A stretch of DNA of 64,000 nt from Escherichia coli (GTDB taxonomy: Bacteria > Pseudomonadota > Gammaproteobacteria > Enterobacterales > Enterobacteriaceae), in NCBI RefSeq assembly GCF_011045215.1, contig NZ_CP049201.1; one strand, written 5' to 3'. A program made the position numbers and the translations under genes. Shown in pieces: positions 54,948 through 64,000 of the stretch; within the stretch, counting starts at the first letter, position 1, and each line of letters begins with the position of its first letter. Under the pieces are notes generated by a model, which was not told where the DNA came from, did no database searches, and was given only the letters and a program-made list of their open reading frames with translations.

Positions 54948-55337
54948 ATGATGTTTCTGAAACAGGGCACGTTTAATTATGAAAAGCAGTCCGTGGTGCT
55001 CAGTGAGCTGTCCGGGCTGCAGAGAATTGAATATCTGGCGTTTGTTCAGCAGCGAACGGCAAAGTTTGATGCCGAAGAGGGAGAACTGCCGGAGGCTGAA
55101 CGACAGATTGCTTTTCTGCGGATGGGGATGGATATCAATGCCTGGCTGGTTTCCCGCTCACTGTGGAATGCGGATCAGTCTAAGGATGTTGAGACGCTTT
55201 GCGCATCCGTTATTACAACATGGTCGTATGATGCCCTGGGAGCGGGGGCGGAGATGGTTCTGTCGCTGAGCGGTATGGGAGCCATTGAGAATGCCGGGGA
55301 TTTGGAGCATGAGGTGCTGACGCCGGAAAAGTCCTGA
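54948..55337 (+). CDS. G: tail assembly chaperone G
   Basis: 129 aa preceding the tape measure gene. Confidence 0.8.
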   Translation: MMFLKQGTFNYEKQSVVLSELSGLQRIEYLAFVQQRTAKFDAEEGELPEAERQIAFLRMGMDINAWLVSRSLWNADQSKDVETLCASVITTWSYDALGAGAEMVLSLSGMGAIENAGDLEHEVLTPEKS

Positions 55338-55345
55338 CGCGGGAA

Positions 55346-55675
55346 ATGCAGTTTGTCATGCGGCTTGCCCGGGAGTTCCGGCGGGCAGACTGGCGGCGGA
55401 TGCTGTCGGAAATGTCGGCCACTGAGCTTGGTGAGTGGGGCGATTATTTCCGGATGCAGAGCTTCAGTGATGTGTGGATGGATGCGCAGTTTGCCTCGCT
55501 GAAGGCATTGATCGTGAGAATGGTGTCCGGTAGCAGTGATGCTGCGGTGGCTGATTTCAGCCTTTTACCGGAAGAGAACGGGATACCGGAGCGAACGGAC
55601 GAAGAACTGATGCATCTTGGGGAAGGTATTTCCGGAGGTGTGCGTTATGGACCAGATAGCCAACCTGGTCATTGA
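55346..55675 (+). CDS. T: T segment of tail assembly chaperone GT (expressed by -1 frameshift from G)
   Basis: ORF in -1 frame relative to G, open upstream into the G 3' end around an A-rich slippery site (GGAAAAG, 55325-55331). Confidence 0.65.
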   Translation: MQFVMRLAREFRRADWRRMLSEMSATELGEWGDYFRMQSFSDVWMDAQFASLKALIVRMVSGSSDAAVADFSLLPEENGIPERTDEELMHLGEGISGGVRYGPDSQPGH

Positions 55676-58600
55676 TTTGGGGATTGATGCGGCAGAGTTT
55701 AAAAATGAAATTCCCCGTATCAAAAACCTTCTGAATGGTGCAGCCAGCGATGCAGAACGGTCTTCTGCCCGTATGCAGCGTTTTATGGAGCGTCAGACTC
55801 AGGCCGCCCGGCAGACAATGCAGGCGGCTTCTTCGGCTGCAACAGCCGCATCCGTCCATGCGCAGACGGTGGAGAAGAGCGCACAGGCTCATGAACGCAT
55901 GGCCCGCGAGGTGGAGCAAACCCGCCAGCGTATGGAGGCACTGAGCCAGAAAATGCGCGAGGAACAGGCGCAGGCCATGGCTCTGGCGGAGGCTCAGGAT
56001 AAAGCGGCTGCTGCGTTTTATCGTCAGATTGACAGTGTGAAACAGGCCAGTGCGGGGCTGCAGGAATTACAGCGTATTCAGCAGCAGATCCGACAGGCCA
56101 GAAACAGTGGCGGGATTGGTCAGCAGGATTATCTGGCGCTGATTTCTGAGGTTACTGCGAAAACTCGAGTTCTTACACAGGCTGAGGAAGAGGCTACCCG
56201 ACAGAAAGTGGCGTTTATCCGTCAGCTTAAAGAGCAGGCAACCCGCCAGAATCTTTCATCTTCTGAGTTGCTTCGTGCTAAGGCAGCCCAGCTGGGGGTA
56301 AGCAGTGCTGCAGAAGTGTATATCCGCAAAATGGAGCAGGCAGGAAAAGCCACGCATTCGCTGGGGCTGAAAAGTGCAGCGGCCCGCCAGGAGATAGGCG
56401 TTCTGATAGGTGAACTGGCCCGCGGCAATTTAGGGGCGCTGAGAGGATCCGGGATAACGCTGGCTAACCGTGCCGGATGGATAGACACACTGATGTCACC
56501 GAAAGGCATGATGCTGGGCGGGGTTATTGGCGGTATTACCGCGGCCGTCTATGGTCTGGGTAAAGCCTGGTATGACGGTCAGAAGGAGGGGGAAGAATTT
56601 AACCGCCAGCTGTCGCTGACGGGGCACTATGCCGGAGTCACTGCCGGGCAACTGTGGACGCTCAGTCGTGCTATTTCCGGGAATGGTATCACGCAACATG
56701 CTGCAGCCGGTGCGCTGGCTCAGGTGGTGGGGAGTGGCGCATTTCGTGGAAACGATATCGGTATGGTGGCGAGAGCTGCCGCACAGATGGAGCGATCGGT
56801 TGGCCAGTCGGTCAGCGATACCATAAATCAGTTTAAGCGGCTGAAGGATGATCCTGTAAATGCCGCGAAGGCTCTGGACAATGAGCTGCATTTTCTTACT
56901 GCCACTCAGCTTGAGCAGATACGCGTCCTTGGGGAGCAGGGGCGGTCCAGTGATGCTGCACGGATAGCCATGTCTGCACTGGCAGAGGAAACCGGTCGGC
57001 GTACTGCGGATATTGATAATAACCTCAATGCGCTTGGCAGTACGCTGAAGTATCTGTCTGATTTGTGGAGTCGTTTCTGGGATGCGGCCATGAATATTGG
57101 TCGTGAAGACTCGCTGGATGAACAGATTGCCGCTTTACAGGAGAAAGTGTCGCGGGCGAAAAGACTCCCCTGGACGGCATCATCTTCTCAGGTTGAATAC
57201 GATCAGCAGCGTCTTAACGATCTTCAGGAGAAAAAACGCCAGAAGGATTTGCAGGATGCAAAAGAGCAGGCAGAGCGGAATTATCAGGAGCAACAGAAAC
57301 GACGTAATGCTGAAAATGCTGCACTGAACCGGATGAATGAAACGGAAGCAGCACGACATCAGCGTGAAATTGCGCGTATTAATGCCATGCAGTACGCCGA
57401 TCAGGCTGTCAGGGATGCGGCGATACAACGTGAAAATGAACGTTACGAGAAAGCCCTGGCATCCGGTAAGAAAAAAACACGCGAACCCCGTAATGATGAG
57501 GCCACCCGGTTATTGCTGCAGTACAGTCAGCAACAGGCACAGGTGGAAGGGCAGATTGCTGCTGCCAGACAGTCAGCAGGCATTGCCACGGAAAGGATGA
57601 CAGAAGCGCATAAACAGCTTCTGGCTCTGCAGCAGCGCATCAGCGACCTGGACGGGAAAAAACTGACGGCAGATGAAAAGAGTGTGCTGGCCCGTAAAGA
57701 TGAACTGATTCAGGCACTGACGCTGCTGGATGTAAAACAGCAGGAGCTTCAGAAACAGACGGCACTCAACGAGCTGAAGAAAAAAACAATTCAGCTGACC
57801 AGTCAACTGGCTGAAGAAGAGCGCGCTCAGCGTCAGCAACATGACCTGGATATCGCCACGGTGGGTATGGGTGATCAGCAGCGGCAGCGATATCAGGTAC
57901 AACTGAGTCTTCGCCAGAAATACCAGCAACAGCTGGAGCAGTTGAGGCGGGATAGTGAGCAGAAAGGAACATATAACACGGATGACTACAGAAAGGCCGA
58001 GCAGGCGCTGACGGAGAGCCTGAACCGACAACTGAATGAGAATCGCCGTTATTGGCAACAGCTTGAAATTGCTCAGGGTGACTGGAAAAACGGAGTCCTG
58101 CGTGCACTCCAGAATGTCACTGAGAAAGCGGATAACACAGCCGGGACAGTGGAACAGTTGTTCACGTCTGCGTTCAGTAGCATGAGTGACTGGCTGGCGA
58201 CATTCTGTACTACAGGCAAACTCAATTTCAAATCCTTCACCTCTTCTGTGCTGTCAGATATGTCCAGAATCATGGCTCAGATAGCTTTAATGAAAGCGGT
58301 AAAAGGTATTGCTTCCGCGCTGCCTTTTGATTTTGTAGCCAATGCTGATGGCGGTGTTTATCAGTCGGCTGATTTGAGTCGCTACAGTGGCACGGTGGTT
58401 AACCGTCCGACGTTTTTTGCTTTTGCAAAAGGCGCGGGTGTGATGGGGGAAGCTGGACCTGAAGCCATTCTGCCACTGCGTCGTGGTGCTGACGGTAAGC
58501 TGGGGGTTGTGGCGGATATTGGTGGTTCAGGTATGGCGATGTTTGCCCCGCAGTACAACATTGAGATCAATAACGATGGCACGAACGGGCAGATAGGTCC

Positions 58601-58703
58601 GGCTGCCCTGAAGGTGGTTTATGACCTTGGGAAAAAAGCGGCAGCGGACTTTATGCAACAGCAGGCCCGTGATGGTGGTCGGTTAAGTGGAGCATATCGG
58701 TAA
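55647..58703 (+). CDS. H: tail tape measure protein H
   Basis: about 1018 aa, highly alpha-helical Ala/Gln/Arg-rich with glycine-rich segments. Confidence 0.88.
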   Translation: MDQIANLVIDLGIDAAEFKNEIPRIKNLLNGAASDAERSSARMQRFMERQTQAARQTMQAASSAATAASVHAQTVEKSAQAHERMAREVEQTRQRMEALSQKMREEQAQAMALAEAQDKAAAAFYRQIDSVKQASAGLQELQRIQQQIRQARNSGGIGQQDYLALISEVTAKTRVLTQAEEEATRQKVAFIRQLKEQATRQNLSSSELLRAKAAQLGVSSAAEVYIRKMEQAGKATHSLGLKSAAARQEIGVLIGELARGNLGALRGSGITLANRAGWIDTLMSPKGMMLGGVIGGITAAVYGLGKAWYDGQKEGEEFNRQLSLTGHYAGVTAGQLWTLSRAISGNGITQHAAAGALAQVVGSGAFRGNDIGMVARAAAQMERSVGQSVSDTINQFKRLKDDPVNAAKALDNELHFLTATQLEQIRVLGEQGRSSDAARIAMSALAEETGRRTADIDNNLNALGSTLKYLSDLWSRFWDAAMNIGREDSLDEQIAALQEKVSRAKRLPWTASSSQVEYDQQRLNDLQEKKRQKDLQDAKEQAERNYQEQQKRRNAENAALNRMNETEAARHQREIARINAMQYADQAVRDAAIQRENERYEKALASGKKKTREPRNDEATRLLLQYSQQQAQVEGQIAAARQSAGIATERMTEAHKQLLALQQRISDLDGKKLTADEKSVLARKDELIQALTLLDVKQQELQKQTALNELKKKTIQLTSQLAEEERAQRQQHDLDIATVGMGDQQRQRYQVQLSLRQKYQQQLEQLRRDSEQKGTYNTDDYRKAEQALTESLNRQLNENRRYWQQLEIAQGDWKNGVLRALQNVTEKADNTAGTVEQLFTSAFSSMSDWLATFCTTGKLNFKSFTSSVLSDMSRIMAQIALMKAVKGIASALPFDFVANADGGVYQSADLSRYSGTVVNRPTFFAFAKGAGVMGEAGPEAILPLRRGADGKLGVVADIGGSGMAMFAPQYNIEINNDGTNGQIGPAALKVVYDLGKKAAADFMQQQARDGGRLSGAYR

Positions 58704-59032
58704 TGGAGACGTTTCACTGGAAAGTGCGCCCGGATATGAATGTGGTATCAGAGCCGAAAGTGGTGACAGTGAAGCTGGGCGATGGTTATGAACAGCGTCG
58801 TGCGGCGGGACTGAATAACCAGTTGTCGACTTACAGCGTGACGATACGTGTTCGTAAATGTGAACACCCATCTTTAAAAGCCTTTCTGGAACGGCACGGT
58901 GGCGTCCGCGCATTTCAGTGGACGCCACCTTATGACTGGAAACCGATTAGGGTGGTTTGTCGTAAATGGTCGGCAAGCGTGGGGGCGCTGTGGGTAACCA
59001 TAACGGCAGATTTTGAACAGGTCGTGGCATAG
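58703..59032 (+). CDS. M: minor tail protein M
   Basis: 109 aa, as lambda gpM; ATG overlaps H stop. Confidence 0.85.
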   Translation: METFHWKVRPDMNVVSEPKVVTVKLGDGYEQRRAAGLNNQLSTYSVTIRVRKCEHPSLKAFLERHGGVRAFQWTPPYDWKPIRVVCRKWSASVGALWVTITADFEQVVA

Positions 59033-59041
59033 GAGGCTCTG

Positions 59042-59740
59042 ATGCAGGATATTCCACAGGAAACACATCATGAGACGACACGCCTCACTCAGTCAGCCCA
59101 GGTGGTGCTCTGGGAAATCGATCTGACAGAGGTCGGTGGTGAACGTTATTTTTTCTGTAATGAGCAGAACGAAAAAGGTGAGCCGGTTACCTGGCAGGGG
59201 CGGCAGTATCAGGCATACCCCATTCAGGGGACGGGATTTGAACTGAACGGCAAGGGCAGTGCTGCCCGTCCGACACTGACGGTTTCTAACCTGCACGGCA
59301 TGGTCACGGGGATGGCGGAAGACCTGCAGAGTCTGGTCGGCGGAACGGTGGTCAGGCGTAAGGTTTACGCCCGTTTTCTGGATGCGGTGAACTTCGTCAA
59401 CGGAAACAGCGACGCCGATCCGGAGCAGGAGGTGATCAGCCGCTGGCGCATAGAGCAGTGCAGCGAACTGAGTGCGGTCAGTGCCTCCTTTGTGTTGTCC
59501 ACACCGACGGAAACGGATGGTGCCGTTTTTCCGGGGCGCATCATGCTGGCTAATACCTGCACCTGGACCTATCGCGGCGATGAGTGCGGTTATCACGGTC
59601 CGGCGGTCGCGGATGAATATGACCAGCCAACGTCCGATATCACGAAGGATAAATGCAGCAAATGCCTGAGCGGCTGTAAGTTTCGCAATAACGTCGGCAA
59701 CTTTGGCGGCTTCCTTTCCATTAACAAACTTTCGCAGTAA
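59042..59740 (+). CDS. L: minor tail protein L
   Basis: 232 aa, as lambda gpL; C-terminal Cys cluster. Confidence 0.85.
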   Translation: MQDIPQETHHETTRLTQSAQVVLWEIDLTEVGGERYFFCNEQNEKGEPVTWQGRQYQAYPIQGTGFELNGKGSAARPTLTVSNLHGMVTGMAEDLQSLVGGTVVRRKVYARFLDAVNFVNGNSDADPEQEVISRWRIEQCSELSAVSASFVLSTPTETDGAVFPGRIMLANTCTWTYRGDECGYHGPAVADEYDQPTSDITKDKCSKCLSGCKFRNNVGNFGGFLSINKLSQ

Positions 59741-59745
59741 ATCCC

Positions 59746-60489
59746 ATGACAGAGACAGAATCAGCGATTCTGGCGCACGCCCGGCGATGTGCGCCAGCGG
59801 AGTCGTGCGGCTTCGTGGTGAGAACGCCGGAAGGGGAAAGATATTTTCCCTGCGTGAATATCTCCGGTGAGCCGGAGGAGTATTTCCGGATGTCGCCGGA
59901 GGACTGGCTGCGGGCAGAGATGCAGGGTGAGATTGTGGCGCTGGTCCACAGCCACCCCGGTGGTCTGCCCTGGCTGAGTGAGGCTGACCGGCGGCTGCAG
60001 GTGCAGAGTGATTTGCCGTGGTGGCTGGTCTGCCGGGGTGAGATTCATAAATTCCGCTGTGTGCCGCATCTCACCGGGCGGCGCTTTGAGCACGGGGTGA
60101 CGGACTGTTACACGCTGTTCCGGGATGCTTATCATCTGGCGGGGATTGAGATGCCGGATTTTCATCGTGAGGATGACTGGTGGCGTCACGGTCAGAATCT
60201 CTATCTGGATAATCTGGAGGCAACGGGGCTATATCAGGTGCCGTTGTCAGCGGCGCAGCCGGGCGATGTGCTGCTGTGCTGTTTTGGTTCATCGGTGCCG
60301 AATCATGCCGCTATTTACTGCGGCGACGGCGAGCTGCTGCACCATATTCCTGAACAACTGAGCAAACGAGAGAGGTATACCGACAAATGGCAGCGACGCA
60401 CACACTCCCTCTGGCATCACCGGGCATGGCACGCATCTGCCTTTACGGGGATTTGCAACGATTTGGCCGCCGCATCGACCTTCGTGTGA
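59746..60489 (+). CDS. K: tail assembly protein K (JAMM/MPN plus NlpC/P60-like)
   Basis: 247 aa; HSHP JAMM-type motif and Cys/His peptidase residues. Confidence 0.85.
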   Translation: MTETESAILAHARRCAPAESCGFVVRTPEGERYFPCVNISGEPEEYFRMSPEDWLRAEMQGEIVALVHSHPGGLPWLSEADRRLQVQSDLPWWLVCRGEIHKFRCVPHLTGRRFEHGVTDCYTLFRDAYHLAGIEMPDFHREDDWWRHGQNLYLDNLEATGLYQVPLSAAQPGDVLLCCFGSSVPNHAAIYCGDGELLHHIPEQLSKRERYTDKWQRRTHSLWHHRAWHASAFTGICNDLAAASTFV

Positions 60490-61034
60490 AAACGGGGGCC
60501 GAAGCCATCCGGGCGCTGGCCACACAGCTCCCGGTGTTTCGTCAGAAACTGAATGAGGGCTGGTATCAGGTGCGCATTGCCGGGCGTGATGCAGGCGAAA
60601 ATGAATTATCTGCCCGTCTTAATGAGCCGCTGGCAAATGGTGCCGTGATCCACATCGTGCCGCGTCTGGCGGGAGCTAAAAGTGGCGGTGTGTTTCAGGT
60701 GGTGCTTGGGGCGGCGCTGATTGCGGTGGCATGGTGGAATCCTGTGGGTTGGCTGGGTGCCGCGGCTGTATCGGGCATGTATGCGGCAGGGGCCAGTATG
60801 ATCCTGGGCGGAGTGGCGCAGATGCTGGCACCGAAAGCCAGGACGCCCACGGCAGCCAGTACAGATAACGGCAAACAGAACACGTATTTCTCCTCACTGG
60901 ATAACATGGTTGCCCAGGGCAATGTTCTGCCTGTTCTGTACGGTGAAATGCGCGTGGGGTCACGTGTGGTTTCTCAGGAGATCAGCACGGCAGACGAAGG
61001 GGATGGTGGTCAGGTTGTGGTGATTGGTCGCTGA
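60426..61034 (+). CDS. I: tail assembly protein I
   Basis: about 202 aa overlapping K 3' end, as in lambda. Confidence 0.75.
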   Translation: MARICLYGDLQRFGRRIDLRVKTGAEAIRALATQLPVFRQKLNEGWYQVRIAGRDAGENELSARLNEPLANGAVIHIVPRLAGAKSGGVFQVVLGAALIAVAWWNPVGWLGAAAVSGMYAAGASMILGGVAQMLAPKARTPTAASTDNGKQNTYFSSLDNMVAQGNVLPVLYGEMRVGSRVVSQEISTADEGDGGQVVVIGR

Positions 61035-61094
61035 TGCAAAACATTTTATGTGAAACCGCCTGCGGGCGGTTTTGTCATTTATGGAGCGTGAGGA

Positions 61095-64000
61095 ATGGGT
61101 AAAGGCAGCAGTAAGGGGCATACCCCGCGCGAAGCGAAGGACAACCTGAAGTCCACGCAGCTGCTGAGTGTGATCGATGCCATCAGCGAAGGGCCGGTTG
61201 AAGGTCCGGTGGATGGATTAAAAAGCGTGCTGCTGAACAGTACGCCGGTGCTGGACACTGAGGGGAATACCAACATCTCCGGTGTCACGGTGGTGTTCCG
61301 TGCCGGTGAGCAGGAGCAGACACCGCCGGAGGGGTTTGAATCCTCCGGCTCCGAGACGGTGCTGGGTACGGAAGTGAAATATGACACGCCGATCACCCGC
61401 ACCATTACGTCTGCAAACATCGACCGTCTGCGCTTTACCTTCGGCGTGCAGGCACTGGTGGAAACCACCTCAAAGGGGGACCGGAATCCGTCGGAAGTCC
61501 GCCTGCTGGTTCAGATCCAGCGTAATGGTGGCTGGGTGACGGAAAAAGACATCACCATTAAGGGCAAAACCACCTCGCAGTATCTGGCCTCGGTGGTGGT
61601 GGGTAACCTGCCGCCGCGCCCGTTCAATATACGGATGCGCAGGATGACGCCGGACAGCACCACAGACCAGCTGCAGAACAAAACGCTCTGGTCGTCATAC
61701 ACCGAAATCATCGATGTGAAACAGTGCTACCCGAACACGGCACTGGTCGGCGTGCAGGTGGATTCGGAGCAGTTCGGCAGCCAGCAGGTGAGCCGTAATT
61801 ATCATCTGCGCGGGCGCATTCTGCAGGTGCCGTCGAACTATAACCCGCAGACGCGGCAATACAGCGGTATCTGGGACGGAACGTTTAAGCCAGCATACAG
61901 CAACAACATGGCCTGGTGTCTGTGGGATATGCTGACCCATCCGCGCTACGGCATGGGGAAACGTCTTGGTGCGGCGGATGTGGACAAATGGGCGCTGTAT
62001 GTCATCGGCCAGCATTGCGATCAGTCGGTGCCGGACGGTTTTGGCGGCACGGAGCCGCGCATCACCTGTAATGCGTACCTGACCACACAGCGCAAGGCGT
62101 GGGATGTGCTCAGTGATTTCTGCTCTGCGATGCGCTGTATGCCGGTATGGAACGGGCAGACGCTGACGTTCGTGCAGGACCGACCGTCGGATAAGGTGTG
62201 GACCTATAACCGCAGTAATGTGGTGATGCCGGATGATGGTGCGCCGTTCCGCTACAGCTTCAGCGCCCTGAAGGACCGCCATAATGCCGTTGAGGTGAAC
62301 TGGATTGACCCGAATAACGGCTGGGAGACGGCGACAGAGCTTGTGGAGGACACGCAGGCCATTGCCCGTTACGGTCGTAACGTCACGAAGATGGATGCTT
62401 TTGGCTGTACCAGCCGGGGGCAGGCACACCGCGCCGGGCTGTGGCTGATTAAAACAGAACTGCTGGAAACGCAGACCGTGGACTTCAGCGTGGGTGCCGA
62501 AGGGCTTCGCCATGTACCGGGCGATGTCATTGAAATCTGCGATGATGACTATGCCGGTATCCGCACCGGCGGGCGCGTGCTGGCGGTAAACAGCCAGACC
62601 CGGACGCTGACGCTCGACCGTGAAATCACGCTGCCATCTTCCGGCACCACGCTGATAAGCCTGGTTGACGGGCAGGGGAGTCCGGTCAGCGTGGAGGTTC
62701 AGTCCGTCACCGACGGCGTGAAGGTGAAAGTGAGCCGTGTTCCTGACGGCGTTGCTGAATACAGCGTATGGGGGCTGAAGCTGCCGACGTTGCGCCAGCG
62801 CCTGTTCCGCTGCGTGAGTATCCGTGAGAACGACGACGGCACGTATGCCATCACCGCCGTGCAGCATGTACCGGAAAAAGAGGCCATCGTGGATAACGGG
62901 GCGCACTTTGACGGCGACCAGAGCGGCACGGTAAATGGTGTCACGCCGCCAGCGGTGCAGCACCTGACCGCAGAAGTCACCGCAGACAGCGGGGAATACC
63001 AGGTGCTGGCGCGCTGGGACACGCCGAAGGTGGTGAAGGGCGTGAGCTTCCTGCTTCGCCTGACCGTGGCAGCGGATGACGGCCGTGAGCGGCTGGTCAG
63101 CACGGCCCGGACGACGGAAACCACTTACCGCTTCACACAACTGGCTCTGGGGAACTACAGGCTGACAGTCCGGGCAGTAAATGCGTGGGGGCAGCAGGGC
63201 GATCCGGCGTCGGTATCGTTCCGGATTGCCGCACCGGCAGCGCCGTCGCGGATTGAGCTGACGCCGGGCTATTTTCAGATAACCGCCACGCCGCATCTTG
63301 CGGTTTATGACCCGACGGTACAGTTTGAGTTCTGGTTCTCGGAAAAACGGATTGCGGATATCAGGCAGGTTGAAACCAGCGCGCGTTATCTTGGTACGGC
63401 ACTGTACTGGATAGCCGCCAGTATCAATATCAAACCGGGCCATGATTATTATTTTTACGTTCGCAGTGTGAACACCGTTGGCAAATCGGCATTCGTGGAG
63501 GCTGTCGGTCAGCCGAGTGATGATGCATCAGGCTATCTGGATTTTTTCAAAGGCGAGATAGGGAAAACCCATCTGGCTCAGGAGCTGTGGACGCAGATTG
63601 ATAACGGTCAGCTTGCGCCTGACCTGACTGAAATCAGGACGTCCATAACGGATGTCAGCAATGAAATAACACAGACCGTCAATAAGAAACTGGAAGACCA
63701 GAGTGCAGCGATCCAGCAGATACAGAAGGTTCAGGTTGATACAAATAATAACCTGAACAGCATGTGGGCAGTGAAGCTGCAGCAGATGCAGGACGGACGC
63801 CTTTATATTGCGGGTATCGGTGCCGGTATTGAGAACACCCCTGACGGCATGCAGAGTCAGGTGCTGCTGGCAGCAGACAGGATTGCGATGATTAATCCTG
63901 CGAATGGCAACACAAAGCCGATGTTTGTTGGTCAGGGCGATCAGATATTCATGAATGAAGTGTTCCTGAAACGCCTGACGGCCCCCACCATTACCAGCGG
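61095..64000 (+). CDS. J: host specificity/central tail fibre protein J (5' partial in window, continues beyond end)
   Basis: begins [41 protein letters not shown]..., near-identical to lambda J N-terminus; open to window end; absent from ORF track because it is truncated. Confidence 0.9.
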   Translation, partial: MGKGSSKGHTPREAKDNLKSTQLLSVIDAISEGPVEGPVDGLKSVLLNSTPVLDTEGNTNISGVTVVFRAGEQEQTPPEGFESSGSETVLGTEVKYDTPITRTITSANIDRLRFTFGVQALVETTSKGDRNPSEVRLLVQIQRNGGWVTEKDITIKGKTTSQYLASVVVGNLPPRPFNIRMRRMTPDSTTDQLQNKTLWSSYTEIIDVKQCYPNTALVGVQVDSEQFGSQQVSRNYHLRGRILQVPSNYNPQTRQYSGIWDGTFKPAYSNNMAWCLWDMLTHPRYGMGKRLGAADVDKWALYVIGQHCDQSVPDGFGGTEPRITCNAYLTTQRKAWDVLSDFCSAMRCMPVWNGQTLTFVQDRPSDKVWTYNRSNVVMPDDGAPFRYSFSALKDRHNAVEVNWIDPNNGWETATELVEDTQAIARYGRNVTKMDAFGCTSRGQAHRAGLWLIKTELLETQTVDFSVGAEGLRHVPGDVIEICDDDYAGIRTGGRVLAVNSQTRTLTLDREITLPSSGTTLISLVDGQGSPVSVEVQSVTDGVKVKVSRVPDGVAEYSVWGLKLPTLRQRLFRCVSIRENDDGTYAITAVQHVPEKEAIVDNGAHFDGDQSGTVNGVTPPAVQHLTAEVTADSGEYQVLARWDTPKVVKGVSFLLRLTVAADDGRERLVSTARTTETTYRFTQLALGNYRLTVRAVNAWGQQGDPASVSFRIAAPAAPSRIELTPGYFQITATPHLAVYDPTVQFEFWFSEKRIADIRQVETSARYLGTALYWIAASINIKPGHDYYFYVRSVNTVGKSAFVEAVGQPSDDASGYLDFFKGEIGKTHLAQELWTQIDNGQLAPDLTEIRTSITDVSNEITQTVNKKLEDQSAAIQQIQKVQVDTNNNLNSMWAVKLQQMQDGRLYIAGIGAGIENTPDGMQSQVLLAADRIAMINPANGNTKPMFVGQGDQIFMNEVFLKRLTAPTITS

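Larger units (their letters stand above)
27023..64000. mobile_element. lambdoid prophage (Qin-type early region, lambda-type late region) inserted in ydfJ; right end beyond window
   Basis: integrase adjacent to truncated ydfJ; contiguous phage modules from int to J; left junction approximate, right junction not in window. Confidence 0.85.

Noticed and set aside
61695-63443. 582-aa minus-strand ORF (and a nested 141-aa ORF) inside the J region
   Set aside because: Antisense to the well-supported J gene, which matches lambda J; Arg/His-rich composition typical of spurious antisense frames in GC-rich coding DNA

Overview
This window is Escherichia coli chromosome (K-12-like gene order, reverse orientation) running ydgH-pntAB-tqsA-mdtJI-ydgD-asr-ynfM-ynfL-mlc-ynfK-clcB-dmsD-ynfHGFE-ynfD-ynfC-speG-ynfB-ynfA-rspAB (1..26.9 kb), followed by a lambdoid prophage inserted in ydfJ (about 27.0 kb to beyond the window end). 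The prophage is mosaic: a Qin-type early region (int, xis, large exonuclease, ydfD-dicB-dicF-ydfA operon, dicA/dicC switch, O-like replication gene with internal iterons, hok toxin, rem, ydfU/DUF968, Q antiterminator) joined to a lambda-type lysis and morphogenesis module (methyltransferase, holin, SAR lysozyme, Rz/Rz1, terminase, W, portal, protease-capsid fusion, Z U V G T H M L K I and a J gene that is near-identical to lambda J at its N-terminus, truncated by the window). The most interesting signal is an AT-rich two-gene operon on the strand opposite to phage late transcription, between Q and the methyltransferase/lysis cassette (40062..42451): a YejK/NdpA-like nucleoid-associated-family protein followed by a protein with C-terminal transmembrane helices. 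I propose it as a candidate, apparently undescribed, defence or abortive-infection module. Other accessory cargo includes a Nudix hydrolase plus HAD phosphatase pair and a possible unannotated small hydrophobic peptide upstream of hok. All calls rest on reading the sequence and remembered family features; no database search was run.
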